Assembly (NCBI GenBank): GCA_951406725.2
Contig: OX597840.1
Coordinates: 12,214,001 to 12,278,000, forward strand
Length of the DNA stretch: 64,000 bases
Reading direction: 5' to 3'
Origin: Octopus vulgaris
Taxonomy: Eukaryota
Both the position numbers and the translations under genes were made by a program. Each line of letters begins with the position of its first letter. Position 1 is the first letter of the stretch. Below, piece by piece: positions 63,056-64,000 of the stretch. The notes under the pieces were generated by a model. That model was not told the origin of the DNA, ran no database searches, and saw only the letters and a list, made by a program, of their open reading frames with translations.

Positions 63056-63365
63056 TACTTACAGCTGTTTCCAGGATATTTATTATGTCCCTTCATCAGA
63101 GACAGTGTAAGAAAATGGTTAAGCAATAGTTAATTTAGATAAGATATGAAATAGGGAGTGAAATGGAGGAATGAAAATTGATGTGAGATATGCAGGGATA
63201 TAATGGATCTACATATGCAATATCCCCGCATATCTCACATCTATTTTCCTTCTTTCACTTCACTCTCTACTTTGTATCTTATCTAGAATAACTATTGCTT
63301 AACCATTTTCTCACACTATCTCCAATGAAGGGATATAATATATATCCTGGAAACAGCTGTAAGAC
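63056..63365. mobile_element. Palindromic Penelope-like pLTR element with a hammerhead motif at each end
   Basis: Diverged inverted arms at 63058-63201 / 63220-63363. The - copy (63056-63103) reads GUCU-CUGAUGA-A-GGGACAU..AUAUCCU-G-GAAAC-AGCU-GUA; the + copy (63318-63365) has a mutated core but keeps ^AGAC. Confidence 0.72.
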
Positions 63366-63564
63366 CTTCTATCTATAAATGTTCTAAAATCTTCACAGCC
63401 TTGGTTTTTTTATCGCATTCTTAAAAAATTTTTTTTCGAAAAACACACGCTGATATATGACCTATGTTAGACTCCTTATTTGCATAATCACCAAACCTGG
63501 AGCTTAACTATGGTCTATCCATAGTACTTACTCAACGTTACCTGACACCTTTGGGTCTCTCATA

Positions 63565-63615
<51 letters not shown>

Positions 63616-64000
63616 CTCTTTTACTCTTTTACTTGTTTCAGTCATTTGACTGCAGCCATGCTGGAGCACCGCCTTTAGTCGAGCAACTCGACCCCGGGAC
63701 TTATTCTTTTGTAAGCCCAGTACTTATTCTATCGGTCTCTTTTTGCCGAACCGCTAAGTGACGGGGGCATAAGCACACCAGCATCGGTTGTCAAACAATG
63801 CTAGGGGGACAGACACAGACACACAAACATACATATATACACATATACATATATATGACGGGCTTCTTTCAGTTTCCGTCTACTAATTCCACTCACAAGG
63901 CTTTGGTTGGCCTGAGGCTATAGTAGAAGACACTTGCCCAAGGTGCCACGCAGTGGGACTGAACCCAGAACCATGTGGTTGGTAGGCAAGCTACTTACCA

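Overview
AT-rich, repeat-saturated eukaryotic DNA. It is inferred to be octopus/coleoid cephalopod from the intronless tandem C2H2 exon, several tRNA-derived SINE families, and dense (TA)n/(CATA)n/(TAA)n microsatellites. Three host genes are supported. (1) A 14-finger C2H2 zinc-finger gene (-, 2334-3668). (2) A three-exon gene on + (16334-16588, 23597-23876, 24532-24908; 303 aa): signal peptide, lysozyme/SLT-like domain with apparently substituted catalytic residues, six-Cys chitin-binding (CBM14-like) domain, and probable GPI tail. (3) The first three coding exons of DNAJC28 (+, 45405-53286), continuing beyond the window. The rest is mobile DNA: at least four SINE families, CR1/L2, RTE and R4/Dong LINE fragments, a TIR-to-TIR decayed Tc1 (DD34E), maT-like and mariner relics, Merlin MITEs with 8-bp TSDs plus a decayed Merlin transposase, and three non-autonomous Helitrons, often nested in each other. 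The most unusual signal is a set of short non-coding, palindromic or inverted-repeat elements embedded in (TA)n that carry minimal hammerhead ribozyme motifs (9458-9533, 26602-26662, 27434-27493, 41757-41819, 63056-63365, 28328-28371). Two tandem copies show compensatory changes in all three stems, and two unrelated families share a non-canonical A.G closure of stem II. These resemble Penelope-like pLTR or retrozyme-type elements. Most ORFs in the supplied track are microsatellite or SINE artefacts. All calls were made by eye without database searches, and repeat boundaries are approximate.
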